IMG/VR virus record: IMGVR_UViG_3300020281_000010
Source of the DNA: a virus
DNA length: 64,000 bases
Direction: 5' to 3' (one strand)
Below, piece by piece: positions 9,352 to 18,657 of the stretch (positions are counted from its first letter, which is position 1; every line of letters starts with the position of its first letter). A program made the position numbers and the translations under genes. The notes below the pieces were generated by a model. It searched no databases. It saw only the letters and a program-made list of their open reading frames with translations, and was not told the origin of the DNA.

Positions 9352-10987
9352 TGCGTATCTAGGCAATCCCAATCTAAAAAAAGCAAACGTACCCACTAAC
9401 TTCACACCTAAACAGGTCAAAGAGTTTATCAAGTGTGCGGAGGATCCTATTTACTTTATCAAGAAGTACATTAAGATCGTGTCTCTGGATGAGGGTGTCA
9501 TTCCATTTAACTTGTATGACTTTCAGGAAACGATGGTCAACAGGTTTCACAATAATAGATTTAATATTGCAAAACTACCAAGACAGTCTGGTAAGTCTAC
9601 CGTGGTTACAGCGTACCTTTTGTGGTACGTGATTTTTAACGATAACGTCAATGTCGCAATCCTCGCAAACAAAGCAGCGACTGCCCGAGAGATGTTGGGA
9701 CGTTTACAACTCAGTTACGAGAACCTTCCTAAATGGATGCAGCAAGGTATTATTGGCTGGAACAAAGGGTCAGTGGAACTGGAGAACGGAAGTAAACTCC
9801 TTGCTGCATCTACTAGTGCTAGTGCTGTCAGGGGTATGTCTTTTAACGTCATATTTCTGGACGAATTCGCGTTCGTTCCGAACAACATTGCAGATCAGTT
9901 TTTTAGTTCTGTTTATCCTACTATCTCATCTGGTAAGTCTACCAAAGTTATTATCATCTCTACTCCACACGGGATGAATATGTACTACAAACTCTGGCAC
10001 GATGCAGAGCGTGGTACGAATGAGTATGTCCCAACAGAGGTACATTGGTCTGAGGTTCCAGGAAGAGATGCTGAATGGAAAGCACAGACTATCCGTAACA
10101 CAAGTGAACAACAATTCCGTGTTGAGTTCGAATGTGAGTTCCTGGGCTCTGTTGATACTTTGATCTCTCCAAGTAAGTTGAGAGTGATGACCTATGAGGA
10201 TCCCATTGAAAGACAGAATGGTCTCGATGTATTTCAGAAACCAGAAGAAGGACATAATTATACTATGACAGTGGACGTAGCGAGAGGTATTGATGGAGAC
10301 TACTCAGCATTTACCGTATTTGATACGACAACCGTACCATATAAATTAGTAGCAAAGTATAGAAATAATGAAATTAAACCCCTACTCTTCCCTGATATTA
10401 TTTGTCAGGTTGGAAGAGCATATAACCACGCTTACGTTCTTGTAGAAGTAAATGACATCGGTGGTCAAGTTGCAGATATTATACAATATGACCTTGAGTA
10501 TGACAATCTACTGATGGCAGCAATGCGTGGTAGAGCAGGACAGGTTGTCGGTCAAGGATTCTCTGGTGGTAAGGTACAACTTGGTGTCAAGATGTCAACC
10601 GCAGTTAAGAAGGTTGGTTGCTCTAATATGAAAGCACTGATTGAGGATGACAAACTATTGTTGTCTGACTATGACATCATTGCAGAACTAACTACATTCA
10701 TTCAGAAGGGTCAGTCTTGGCAGGCAGAAGAAGGTTGCCACGATGACCTTGCTATGTGTCTGGTAATGTTCTCGTGGTTGGCAGTTCAAGATTATTTTAA
10801 GGAACTCCACGATAACGATATTCGTGCTAGAATGTATCAGGAACAACGCGAAGCGATTGAAGCGGATATGGCACCGTTCGGATTTATGGATGATGGTCTC
10901 AGTGATGAGGCATTCGTAGATCCAGAAGGACAGGTCTGGCATACCGATGAATATGGCGATCGCTCTTATATGTGGGAGTACCGATGA
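9341..10987 (+). CDS. gp17: Terminase large subunit
   Basis: YLGNPNLKKAN, PRQSGKST (Walker A), IFLDEFAF (Walker B), HDDLAM nuclease motif. Confidence 0.97.
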   Translation: MSLDAYLGNPNLKKANVPTNFTPKQVKEFIKCAEDPIYFIKKYIKIVSLDEGVIPFNLYDFQETMVNRFHNNRFNIAKLPRQSGKSTVVTAYLLWYVIFNDNVNVAILANKAATAREMLGRLQLSYENLPKWMQQGIIGWNKGSVELENGSKLLAASTSASAVRGMSFNVIFLDEFAFVPNNIADQFFSSVYPTISSGKSTKVIIISTPHGMNMYYKLWHDAERGTNEYVPTEVHWSEVPGRDAEWKAQTIRNTSEQQFRVEFECEFLGSVDTLISPSKLRVMTYEDPIERQNGLDVFQKPEEGHNYTMTVDVARGIDGDYSAFTVFDTTTVPYKLVAKYRNNEIKPLLFPDIICQVGRAYNHAYVLVEVNDIGGQVADIIQYDLEYDNLLMAAMRGRAGQVVGQGFSGGKVQLGVKMSTAVKKVGCSNMKALIEDDKLLLSDYDIIAELTTFIQKGQSWQAEEGCHDDLAMCLVMFSWLAVQDYFKELHDNDIRARMYQEQREAIEADMAPFGFMDDGLSDEAFVDPEGQVWHTDEYGDRSYMWEYR

Positions 10988-11094
10988 GTGTAGAAACAAT
11001 GATGGGGTCCCTAGCGACGACACTATTCATCTTAGTGTTATTTTCGTTTGGATTCGTAATGGGTTATGCAGCGAGGAAAAGTGAAGAAGAGTGA
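10984..11094 (+). CDS. 36-aa single-TM peptide (not in ORF track)
   Basis: MSVETMMGSLATTLFILVLFSFGFVMGYAARKSEEE; ATGA overlap with gp17. Confidence 0.45.
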   Translation: MSVETMMGSLATTLFILVLFSFGFVMGYAARKSEEE

Positions 11095-11251
11095 ACTAAT
11101 TCATTATCGCCTCCAAGCAATGCTCAGAGAAAATACCTTCAGCGATCTAGCATACTTAGGTGTTAGGGAAGGAGAGCATTGGTATAGTGTCGGTGGACAC
11201 GAGGTACCAGTCAATGCAATAGAAGAACTGGAACGAGCAGATGAGTCTTGA
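11081..11251 (+). CDS. Hypothetical protein
   Basis: GTG start; KKSELIHYRLQAMLRE...HWYSVGGHEVPVNAIEELE. Confidence 0.6.
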   Translation: MKKSELIHYRLQAMLRENTFSDLAYLGVREGEHWYSVGGHEVPVNAIEELERADES

Positions 11252-11474
11252 AGATGAACTGAGTCTAGAAGCATTCCTATTCGTAGATAGACAGTGTAGG
11301 AAATGCTTGAGAACTCTGTCCCTGACTGATAATTTTTATAAGACACGTAAAGACAGAGGACAGAATCCCTCTGCATATTCGTATGAGTGCAAATACTGTA
11401 CTAAGAAAAGAGTAAGTAAGACAAGAAAGCAAAAACCTAAACTACGAAAGGAGTCTGACTATCCTGACTGGTAA
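11241..11474 (+). CDS. Zinc-ribbon protein (CxxC...CxxC)
   Basis: CRKC...FYKTRKDR...YSYECKYC, like the N-terminal Zn domain of HNH/EndoVII proteins. Confidence 0.6.
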   Translation: MSLEDELSLEAFLFVDRQCRKCLRTLSLTDNFYKTRKDRGQNPSAYSYECKYCTKKRVSKTRKQKPKLRKESDYPDW

Positions 11475-11513
11475 TGTTCACGTTCCGTTTCCCCGCTTGA
11501 ACAGTAGGTTTAT

Positions 11514-11520
11514 CTAAATA
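11514..11520 (+). promoter_or_regulatory. Late promoter variant (CTAAATA) for gp18
   Basis: Intergenic, about 40 nt upstream of gp18. Confidence 0.6.
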
Positions 11521-11558
11521 ATATCAGCAATAGATTGAGATTTTCAAGGAGCTAACCA

Positions 11559-14339
11559 ATGGCATCTACCCAACTTTCACCAGGGGTCGTTGTTCTTGAA
11601 AAGGATCTGACTACGGTTGCTAACGCGACTCTAGATAATGTTGCAGTGATAGTCGGTTCCTTTGAAAAGGGTCCCGTTAATAAGATTGTAGACGTAACTA
11701 GCGAGAAAGAACTTCTTGCAGTCTTCGGTCGCCCTAACGATTACAACTACGAATACTGGTATTCAGCAGCACAATTCCTGTTGTACGGTGGTACACTTAA
11801 AATTGTCCGTACAAACAGTTCTTCACTTAAGAACGCTATTGACACAGCACAGACTGTTGTCACTACTTTCTCTGGTGCAGACACAACTCTTACAGTTACA
11901 TCAGCGACAGACTTCGCGACAAGCGATTTGATCTTGATCGACGCTGAAATTCTAAGAGTGACTAACGTCTCAGGTAACGACCTTACTGTTCAACGTGGTC
12001 AACTTGCAACTGCAGCAACTTCACACGCAGCAGGCGCATCTATCACTCTGATCGAAGAATCAGGTAATAGCACAACGATGAACCAAGGCGGTACTCTTGC
12101 TGCAGGTGGTACAACACTGACGGTTACTTCTGTTGCTTCTCTTGCTGTTGCACTAAACGATCACATCTTGATCTCTGACGAGATTCTCAAGGTGACTGCT
12201 ATTAGCGGTAACGATCTGACTGTTGAGCGTGGTAAGTTGGAAACAACTGCTGCTGCACAGACTGATGGTCAGACTATCAAGCGTTTGGTGGTTACTGCAG
12301 GTAAGACAACAATCAACGAACAAACATCAACTGGTGTTAGTGCTCCTCTTGTTAGAAATCTCGAAGAGTATGAAGGTAATGTTGAAGGCGCTTCTAACTC
12401 TTGGAAGTATGCTGCTAGACACCCTGGTCTCTATGGTAACTCACTTAGAGTTGTTATCACAGACGCGGGTGCTGACCAGATCCTTTCACTTGCACAACCT
12501 ACCACTGCTGAGTGGGAATTCTCAACTACAACTGACGTAAGTTATAGCGGTGCTAACGCAGGCGCTAAGATCTTCGGTTACAGAATCGTAGTTACAATGG
12601 ATTCCGCATCCATCGCAGGTGACTTTGAAAACGGACAATACTGGAGAGCAGAAACAGATGCTTCATCTCCTGTAAGTATTCCTGTTCAAGGTCAAGTCGT
12701 TGCTTACGATCCTCTTACAAGAAAGATCGAGATTGATGTTAACTACTCACTCTCATCTGACGTTCTTGAAGTTGGTGACGTAATCGCACTTTGGAGTGCA
12801 GAGACTGGTGGATCTAGAACTGGTGACAAGGGTACTGTTGAAGCAGTTGAAAGACAACTTCTTACAATTACTAACGCATCACAAGAAAGATTCGAAGCAA
12901 ACTACACTGTATCTGATGACAACGCATCAGGTTCACCTAACATTAACATTGCTTCTGTAAGATCAGAATACGACGAAAGATATTTTGGCGGCAATCAGAA
13001 GTGGGCAAACGTTGCTCCTAGACCTGGCACATCACCTTGGGTTCAAGACCGTGGTGGTTCTAAGGACCAAATGCACATCCTCGTCCTTGATGGAGATGGC
13101 AAACTCACTGGTACACCTGGTGCGGTTCTTGAGAAGTTCCTCTTCGTGTCTAAGTCAATGGATGCCAAAGGCGTTCAGGGCGAGACCATCTTCTACAGAG
13201 ACGTTATTAAGAACATCTCACAATACATCTACTGGGGTGCACACGAGACTTCAAGCATCTTTGATGTTGATTCTGGTGCTAACGGTGACTTCGGTTCATC
13301 TGGTGTTTCAAGACACTTTGACTTGATCAAGCAAACTGCTGCTATCAAGACTACTGAAACTGCACTCGGTCGCGAGATCATCGGAACTTCAAACGGTTCT
13401 ACTGCTAGATACCACCTCCAAGGCGGTACTGACGGTTACACTCTTTCAAGATCTGAGATCCTCGGTTCATACGACCTCATCGCTGACAAAGAAACCATTG
13501 ATGTTGATTACATCTTGATGGGTCCTTCGATGGCAGACACTAGCGACACAATCGCTAAAGCACAGAAGATCATTGACATCGCTGCAACCCGTAAGGATTG
13601 CTTGGCATTCGTTTCACCTCCACGTAATGACGTGATTGGTCTTAGCGATACCAACATCATTGTTAACAGAACTATCGATTACTTCGATAAACTGTCTAGC
13701 ACATCATACGCTGTCTTTGATAACAACTACAAGTACATCTACGACAAGTACAACGATAAGTATCGTTACATTCCTTGTAACGCTGACCTTGCAGGTCTAA
13801 CACTTAGCGCAACTCTGAATTCAGAAGCGTGGTTCTCTCCTGCAGGATTCAACAGAGGACAGTTGAGAAACGCAATCAAACTTGCTTACTCACCTCTGAA
13901 GGATCACAGAGATAGATTGTACGCAGCAAGAATCAACCCTGTGGTTGCATTCCCTGGACAAGGTATTGTCCTCTTCGGAGACAAGACTGCACTTTCATAC
14001 CAATCTGCATTCGACAGAATCAACGTTCGTCGCTTGTTCTTGGTACTTGAGGATGCAATCTCAGAAGCAGCAAAGACTCAACTGTTCGAATTGAACGATG
14101 AGTTCACTCGCGCTTCCTTCAAGAACATCGTGGAACCGTTCCTCCGTTCGGTTCAGTCACGTCGTGGCATCATCGATTTCTTGGTTGTCTGCGACAGCAG
14201 CAACAACCCACCTGAGGCGATTGACAGAGGCGAGTTCTTCGCGGAGATCTTCGTGAAACCAACACGCTCTATCAACTACATCACTCTTACATTCACCGCT
14301 ACTAGAACTGGTTCTAGTTTCGCTGAAGTTACTTCCTGA
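11559..14339 (+). CDS. gp18: Tail sheath protein (elongated, 926 aa)
   Basis: LSPGVVVLEKDLT N-terminus; WFSPAGFNRG, FDRINVRRLFL and PTRSINYITLTF C-terminus. Confidence 0.96.
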   Translation: MASTQLSPGVVVLEKDLTTVANATLDNVAVIVGSFEKGPVNKIVDVTSEKELLAVFGRPNDYNYEYWYSAAQFLLYGGTLKIVRTNSSSLKNAIDTAQTVVTTFSGADTTLTVTSATDFATSDLILIDAEILRVTNVSGNDLTVQRGQLATAATSHAAGASITLIEESGNSTTMNQGGTLAAGGTTLTVTSVASLAVALNDHILISDEILKVTAISGNDLTVERGKLETTAAAQTDGQTIKRLVVTAGKTTINEQTSTGVSAPLVRNLEEYEGNVEGASNSWKYAARHPGLYGNSLRVVITDAGADQILSLAQPTTAEWEFSTTTDVSYSGANAGAKIFGYRIVVTMDSASIAGDFENGQYWRAETDASSPVSIPVQGQVVAYDPLTRKIEIDVNYSLSSDVLEVGDVIALWSAETGGSRTGDKGTVEAVERQLLTITNASQERFEANYTVSDDNASGSPNINIASVRSEYDERYFGGNQKWANVAPRPGTSPWVQDRGGSKDQMHILVLDGDGKLTGTPGAVLEKFLFVSKSMDAKGVQGETIFYRDVIKNISQYIYWGAHETSSIFDVDSGANGDFGSSGVSRHFDLIKQTAAIKTTETALGREIIGTSNGSTARYHLQGGTDGYTLSRSEILGSYDLIADKETIDVDYILMGPSMADTSDTIAKAQKIIDIAATRKDCLAFVSPPRNDVIGLSDTNIIVNRTIDYFDKLSSTSYAVFDNNYKYIYDKYNDKYRYIPCNADLAGLTLSATLNSEAWFSPAGFNRGQLRNAIKLAYSPLKDHRDRLYAARINPVVAFPGQGIVLFGDKTALSYQSAFDRINVRRLFLVLEDAISEAAKTQLFELNDEFTRASFKNIVEPFLRSVQSRRGIIDFLVVCDSSNNPPEAIDRGEFFAEIFVKPTRSINYITLTFTATRTGSSFAEVTS

Positions 14340-14367
14340 TTCAAGAGACTAACCTAGGAGACAAACA

Positions 14368-15042
14368 ATGGCAGAATCACAACCAGGACAGGTGGAACAG
14401 AGCGCAATACGCGCTCCCATCTTTTCCTTCCGAGATCAAGTAAAGGACTTTGCACGTCCCAATCTATTCCAAGTAGAAATCTATGCACCTCCAATCCTTC
14501 AGGATGGAGTATCACCCCAATCTGGTGGTGTTGCAGGATCATCAGCAGATGCTTCCGAGAACTCTGCAGGTGGATCTCAACTCAACGCATCCGAAGCATC
14601 CGCTTTCGGTACCTTCCTTGTGAAGGCAGCAAACATCCCTGCATCTACAGTGGGTGTTGTTGAAGTACCTTACAGAGGAAGAATCCTCAAGGTAGCAGGC
14701 GACAGAACCTTTGAACCTTGGACAGTTACTGTTCTTAATGACCAGTCCTTCAAGTTCAGAGCATTCTTCGAATCTTGGTCAACCAACATTCAAGCACTGC
14801 AGCAGAACTTCCAGAACGCTAACACTATCGCTGATTATCAAGCGACAGCAAAGGTTAGACAGATGGATAGAAAAGGTAAGATCATTCGTACTTACAAGTT
14901 CGAAGGCATCTGGCCATCTAACATTTCTGCAATCGACCTTGACTGGGGAACCAACGATACTCCTGAGGAGTACACTGTTGAATTCCAAGTACAATACTGG
15001 ACCTACGACACAGACATCAACACTGGAAACGCGGGCGGTTAA
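14368..15042 (+). CDS. gp19: Tail tube protein
   Basis: FARPNLFQV, YRGRILKVAGDRTFEPWTVTVLND, EYTVEFQVQYW. Confidence 0.95.
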   Translation: MAESQPGQVEQSAIRAPIFSFRDQVKDFARPNLFQVEIYAPPILQDGVSPQSGGVAGSSADASENSAGGSQLNASEASAFGTFLVKAANIPASTVGVVEVPYRGRILKVAGDRTFEPWTVTVLNDQSFKFRAFFESWSTNIQALQQNFQNANTIADYQATAKVRQMDRKGKIIRTYKFEGIWPSNISAIDLDWGTNDTPEEYTVEFQVQYWTYDTDINTGNAGG

Positions 15043-15061
15043 ATAGGTTAAATTGAAACCG

Positions 15062-15069
15062 TATAAATA
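15062..15069 (+). promoter_or_regulatory. T4 late promoter TATAAATA (gp20)
   Basis: Perfect consensus upstream of the portal gene. Confidence 0.8.
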
Positions 15070-15095
15070 GTTGGGAAGAAAATTCTAATAATTAG

Positions 15096-16721
15096 ATGTC
15101 CCAACTTTTTGGTTATTCTCTTGAACGTGCCAAGAAGGACTCTGCAAAGGGTCCTTCTTTCGTGCGTAAAGAGTCAGATGATGCAGCGACCCCCGTTGCA
15201 GGTGGTGGTTATTTTGGTACCGCCATCGATCTTGATGGAACATACAAAGATGAAAACGACCTGATTCGTCGATACCGCGCAATGTCGATCCACCCTGAGT
15301 GTGATCGTGCTATCGATGATGTGGTTAATGAAGCAATCGCAGGTGAGTTAGATGACACTCCTGTGGATGTTGAGTTGTCAAATCTCAAGGTCAGTGCAGG
15401 TATCAAGAAGAAGATTAGAGAAGAGTTTCATAACGTTCTCCGTCTTCTTGACTTTGATAAGAAAGCATATGACATCTTCCGTCGTTGGTATATTGACGGA
15501 AAGATCTATTACCACAAGATGATTGACCCCAAGAATCCTAGGGGTGGTATTACAGAACTCAGATACATTGATCCTAGAAAGATCAGAAAGGTAGTTGAAC
15601 TAGAGCGTCCTAAAGATAAGACATTTGTTGATCCAAGGACAATGGAAGCACAGATTGCTCCTAAGTCCGCAGAGTATTACGTTTACAACCCTAAGGGTCT
15701 CCGAGGAATGGAGACTGCAGGTATCAAGGTTGCCCCTGATGCAATCTCTTTCGCCCACAGTGGTTTGAAAGATATGAATAAGAATGTGATTATGTCACAT
15801 CTTCATAAAGCAATCAAGGCGCTCAACCAACTGAGGATGATCGAAGATAGTCTTGTTATTTACAGACTGTCAAGAGCACCTGAGCGTCGTATTTTCTATA
15901 TTGATGTTGGTAATCTTCCTAAGCAAAAGGCAGAACAATATCTCCGCGAGGTTATGTCTCGTTATAGAAACAAGTTGGTTTACAACGCAGACACAGGAGA
16001 GATCAGAGATGACAGAAAATTTATGTCGATGCTCGAAGATTTCTGGTTACCCAGAAGAGAAGGCGGGCGAGGAACTGAGATCACTACGCTCCCAGGTGGA
16101 CAAAATCTTGGAGAACTTGAGGATGTCAAATACTTCCAGAAGAAACTCTATCGTGCATTAAATGTACCTGAGTCACGTCTGGAATCTGAATCCACTTTCA
16201 ACTTAGGTCGCGCAGCAGAGATCACACGTGACGAGATTAAGTTCCAAAAGTTCGTAACTCGTCTGCGTAAGAAGTTCTCTGAACTACTTCACGATCTACT
16301 CAAGACACAACTCATTCTGAAAGGTGTTATCAGCATTGAAGAGTGGGATGATATGGCAGAGCATATTCAGTATGACTATGTTGCTGACAACTATTTCTCT
16401 GAACTCAAAGAGAAAGAGATCCTTACAGAGCGTCTAAACCTAGTTCAGACAATGGATCCTTTCGTTGGTAGATACTTCTCTGCTGAATATATTCGTCGTC
16501 AAATTCTTAAGCATACTGATGCGGAAATCAATGAGATCGATGATCAGATTGAGAAAGAAATTGAGGAGGGCAAGATCCCTGATCCTGCCGCTGTTGATCC
16601 TATGACAGGTGAACCTATGGCACCTGGAGCAGAAGGAATGGAGGGAGAAGAGATGGAAGAAGAGGGTCCAACAGGTGTTGAGTCTATTCCTCCTGCAGAC
16701 TATAAACGCGGAGAATTCTAA
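15096..16721 (+). CDS. gp20: Portal vertex protein
   Basis: RRWYIDG, MIEDSLVIYRLSRAPERRIFYIDVGNLPK, EDFWLPRREGGRGTEI. Confidence 0.97.
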   Translation: MSQLFGYSLERAKKDSAKGPSFVRKESDDAATPVAGGGYFGTAIDLDGTYKDENDLIRRYRAMSIHPECDRAIDDVVNEAIAGELDDTPVDVELSNLKVSAGIKKKIREEFHNVLRLLDFDKKAYDIFRRWYIDGKIYYHKMIDPKNPRGGITELRYIDPRKIRKVVELERPKDKTFVDPRTMEAQIAPKSAEYYVYNPKGLRGMETAGIKVAPDAISFAHSGLKDMNKNVIMSHLHKAIKALNQLRMIEDSLVIYRLSRAPERRIFYIDVGNLPKQKAEQYLREVMSRYRNKLVYNADTGEIRDDRKFMSMLEDFWLPRREGGRGTEITTLPGGQNLGELEDVKYFQKKLYRALNVPESRLESESTFNLGRAAEITRDEIKFQKFVTRLRKKFSELLHDLLKTQLILKGVISIEEWDDMAEHIQYDYVADNYFSELKEKEILTERLNLVQTMDPFVGRYFSAEYIRRQILKHTDAEINEIDDQIEKEIEEGKIPDPAAVDPMTGEPMAPGAEGMEGEEMEEEGPTGVESIPPADYKRGEF

Positions 16722-16745
16722 ATATTAAGTACGAGGACATTTATT

Positions 16746-16940
16746 ATGCCATCAATTCAAGCGAAAGAAATCGTCAACAAAATCTTTTCAGGATCGAAAG
16801 ATCTCAGTAGTGAAGTTGATGATGCGATGAAAGCAATTACCGCTGATGCTCTAGAAGCAAAGAAAAAGGAAATTGCAGGTGACTGGATGCAACCTGAAAC
16901 TCAAGAGGAACCAAATGAAACTGATCACGGAACAGATTGA
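16746..16940 (+). CDS. Small prohead core protein (gp67/gp68 position)
   Basis: Located between gp20 and gp21; CTAAATA late box at 16718-16724. Confidence 0.55.
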   Translation: MPSIQAKEIVNKIFSGSKDLSSEVDDAMKAITADALEAKKKEIAGDWMQPETQEEPNETDHGTD

Positions 16941-17565
16941 AGACGTTCAAATCCTTTCTGAGGAGAAGAACGGTAAGAAAAATCTATACATAGAAGGAAC
17001 ATTCCTACAAGGCGAGATTAAAAATCGCAACGGAAGAATGTACCCTATCAACACACTCCGTAGAGAAGTTGATAAATACAATGAATCTTTTGTTAAAAAT
17101 GGTCGCGCCCTTGGCGAACTGGGACATCCTGACGGACCAACAGTTAACCTCGACCGTGTATCACATTTGATCACATCGCTAGTCCAAGAAGGTAATAACT
17201 TCAGAGGAAGAGCAAGAATCCTAGATACTCCTATGGGTAACATCGCTAAGAACCTTTTGGGTGAAGGCGTGAAACTAGGTGTTTCATCACGTGGAATTGG
17301 TTCACTCCAAGAGACTCGTGACGGAGCAAAAGTAGTTGCTGATGATTTTATGTTGGCAACCGCAGCAGACATTGTTGCTGATCCCTCAGCACCAGATGCT
17401 TTTGTAAATGGAATTATGGAAGGCAAAGAATGGGTCTGGAATAACGGAATCATTCAAGAGTCTGAAATTAACCAGATGAAGAAGCAAATTGACAATGCTG
17501 CTAGTCGCAAGATTCTTGAAGAGCGGAAGATTTCCGCGTTTTCAAAATTCTTAAACTCCCTGTGA
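16915..17565 (+). CDS. gp21: Prohead protease
   Basis: MKLITE start; NRNGRMYP, ALGELGHP, LGVSSRG (His/Ser catalytic motifs). Confidence 0.96.
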   Translation: MKLITEQIEDVQILSEEKNGKKNLYIEGTFLQGEIKNRNGRMYPINTLRREVDKYNESFVKNGRALGELGHPDGPTVNLDRVSHLITSLVQEGNNFRGRARILDTPMGNIAKNLLGEGVKLGVSSRGIGSLQETRDGAKVVADDFMLATAADIVADPSAPDAFVNGIMEGKEWVWNNGIIQESEINQMKKQIDNAASRKILEERKISAFSKFLNSL

Positions 17566-17566
17566 G

Positions 17567-17574
17567 TATAAATA
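17567..17574 (+). promoter_or_regulatory. T4 late promoter TATAAATA (gp22-gp23)
   Basis: Perfect consensus. Confidence 0.8.
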
Positions 17575-17613
17575 TTTTTACGAATAGCAAAGACTACTAA
17601 GGAGACAACTCTA

Positions 17614-18606
17614 ATGTCACAAGAGAATGAAGTAATGGCATCCGAAGAAAAGCAGGAAGTCACCGAAGCAAAATTCGACGGTGCTGTTGCTGACGGTTCT
17701 TCTTTGGGTGGCGTTGAGAATCTCGGAGGTCCTACACCTCAGAACTCAAAACCTGATGATGAGTCAAACAAACTGAAGACTCCATCACAAACACAGGCAG
17801 CATCACCAAAGACAAAACCTTCCGATGCTTCACCTAAGAAGCACGAATCAGTTGAAGCAGAAAATGCTGAAGGCGATGATCTTATTGAGATCGACCTTTC
17901 TGCTGATGTTGCTGCTCTTACAGAAGGCGAAGACCTTTCTGAGGAGTTCAAAACTAAAGCAGCAACTATCTTTGAAGCTGCTGTCGTATCAAGACTGAAT
18001 GAAGAACTAGAGCGCGTTCACACTGAATACGCTGCTACTCTTTCAGAGGAAGTCGAAAGTATTAAGTCTTCCCTTGCTGAGCAGGTAGATGAGTATCTTA
18101 CATATGCTTGTCAGCAATGGATCGATGCTAACCAACTCGCTGTTGAAACTGGTCTCAAAGCAGAGATCGCAGAGAGCGTAGTTAGCGGACTTAAAAAAGT
18201 TTTCGTCGAGAACCACATTGAGGTTCCCGAGGAGAAAGCAGACATCATTACCGATATGGTGACTGAACTAGATGAGATGGAAGCAAAACTCAACGAACAA
18301 ATTGATAAGAACATTGCACTTACAAATGAAGTTGCATCGTTCGCTAAGAATGGGATCGTGAGCGAGGTCGCAGAAGGTCTTGCATCTACCGAGAAAGAGA
18401 AACTTCAAGGTCTCTCTGAAGGTGTTGAGTTTGAAGATGAAGAGTCATTCCGCAGCAAAATCGAGACTCTTAGAGAGTCGTACTTCTCTAGCAAGCCTCA
18501 GGCAGCAGCAGAGACGATCGCTGAGGATGTACAACCTGTTGTGGATACAGAAATGACGGATTCAATGTCTAAGTACGTTGATGCACTCCGTCGTTGGACT
18601 AAGTGA
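17614..18606 (+). CDS. gp22: Prohead core scaffold protein
   Basis: FKTKAATIFEAAV, QVDEYLTY; acidic coiled coil. Confidence 0.93.
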   Translation: MSQENEVMASEEKQEVTEAKFDGAVADGSSLGGVENLGGPTPQNSKPDDESNKLKTPSQTQAASPKTKPSDASPKKHESVEAENAEGDDLIEIDLSADVAALTEGEDLSEEFKTKAATIFEAAVVSRLNEELERVHTEYAATLSEEVESIKSSLAEQVDEYLTYACQQWIDANQLAVETGLKAEIAESVVSGLKKVFVENHIEVPEEKADIITDMVTELDEMEAKLNEQIDKNIALTNEVASFAKNGIVSEVAEGLASTEKEKLQGLSEGVEFEDEESFRSKIETLRESYFSSKPQAAAETIAEDVQPVVDTEMTDSMSKYVDALRRWTK

Positions 18607-18657
18607 TTTAGTCATTAAAACTATTTTTCCCTATAAACCCAAAGAGGTATAAAGCAA

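Noticed and set aside
16947-17453. 168-aa minus-strand ORF opposite gp21
   Set aside because: Antisense shadow of a conserved gene; no promoter, RBS or family motif
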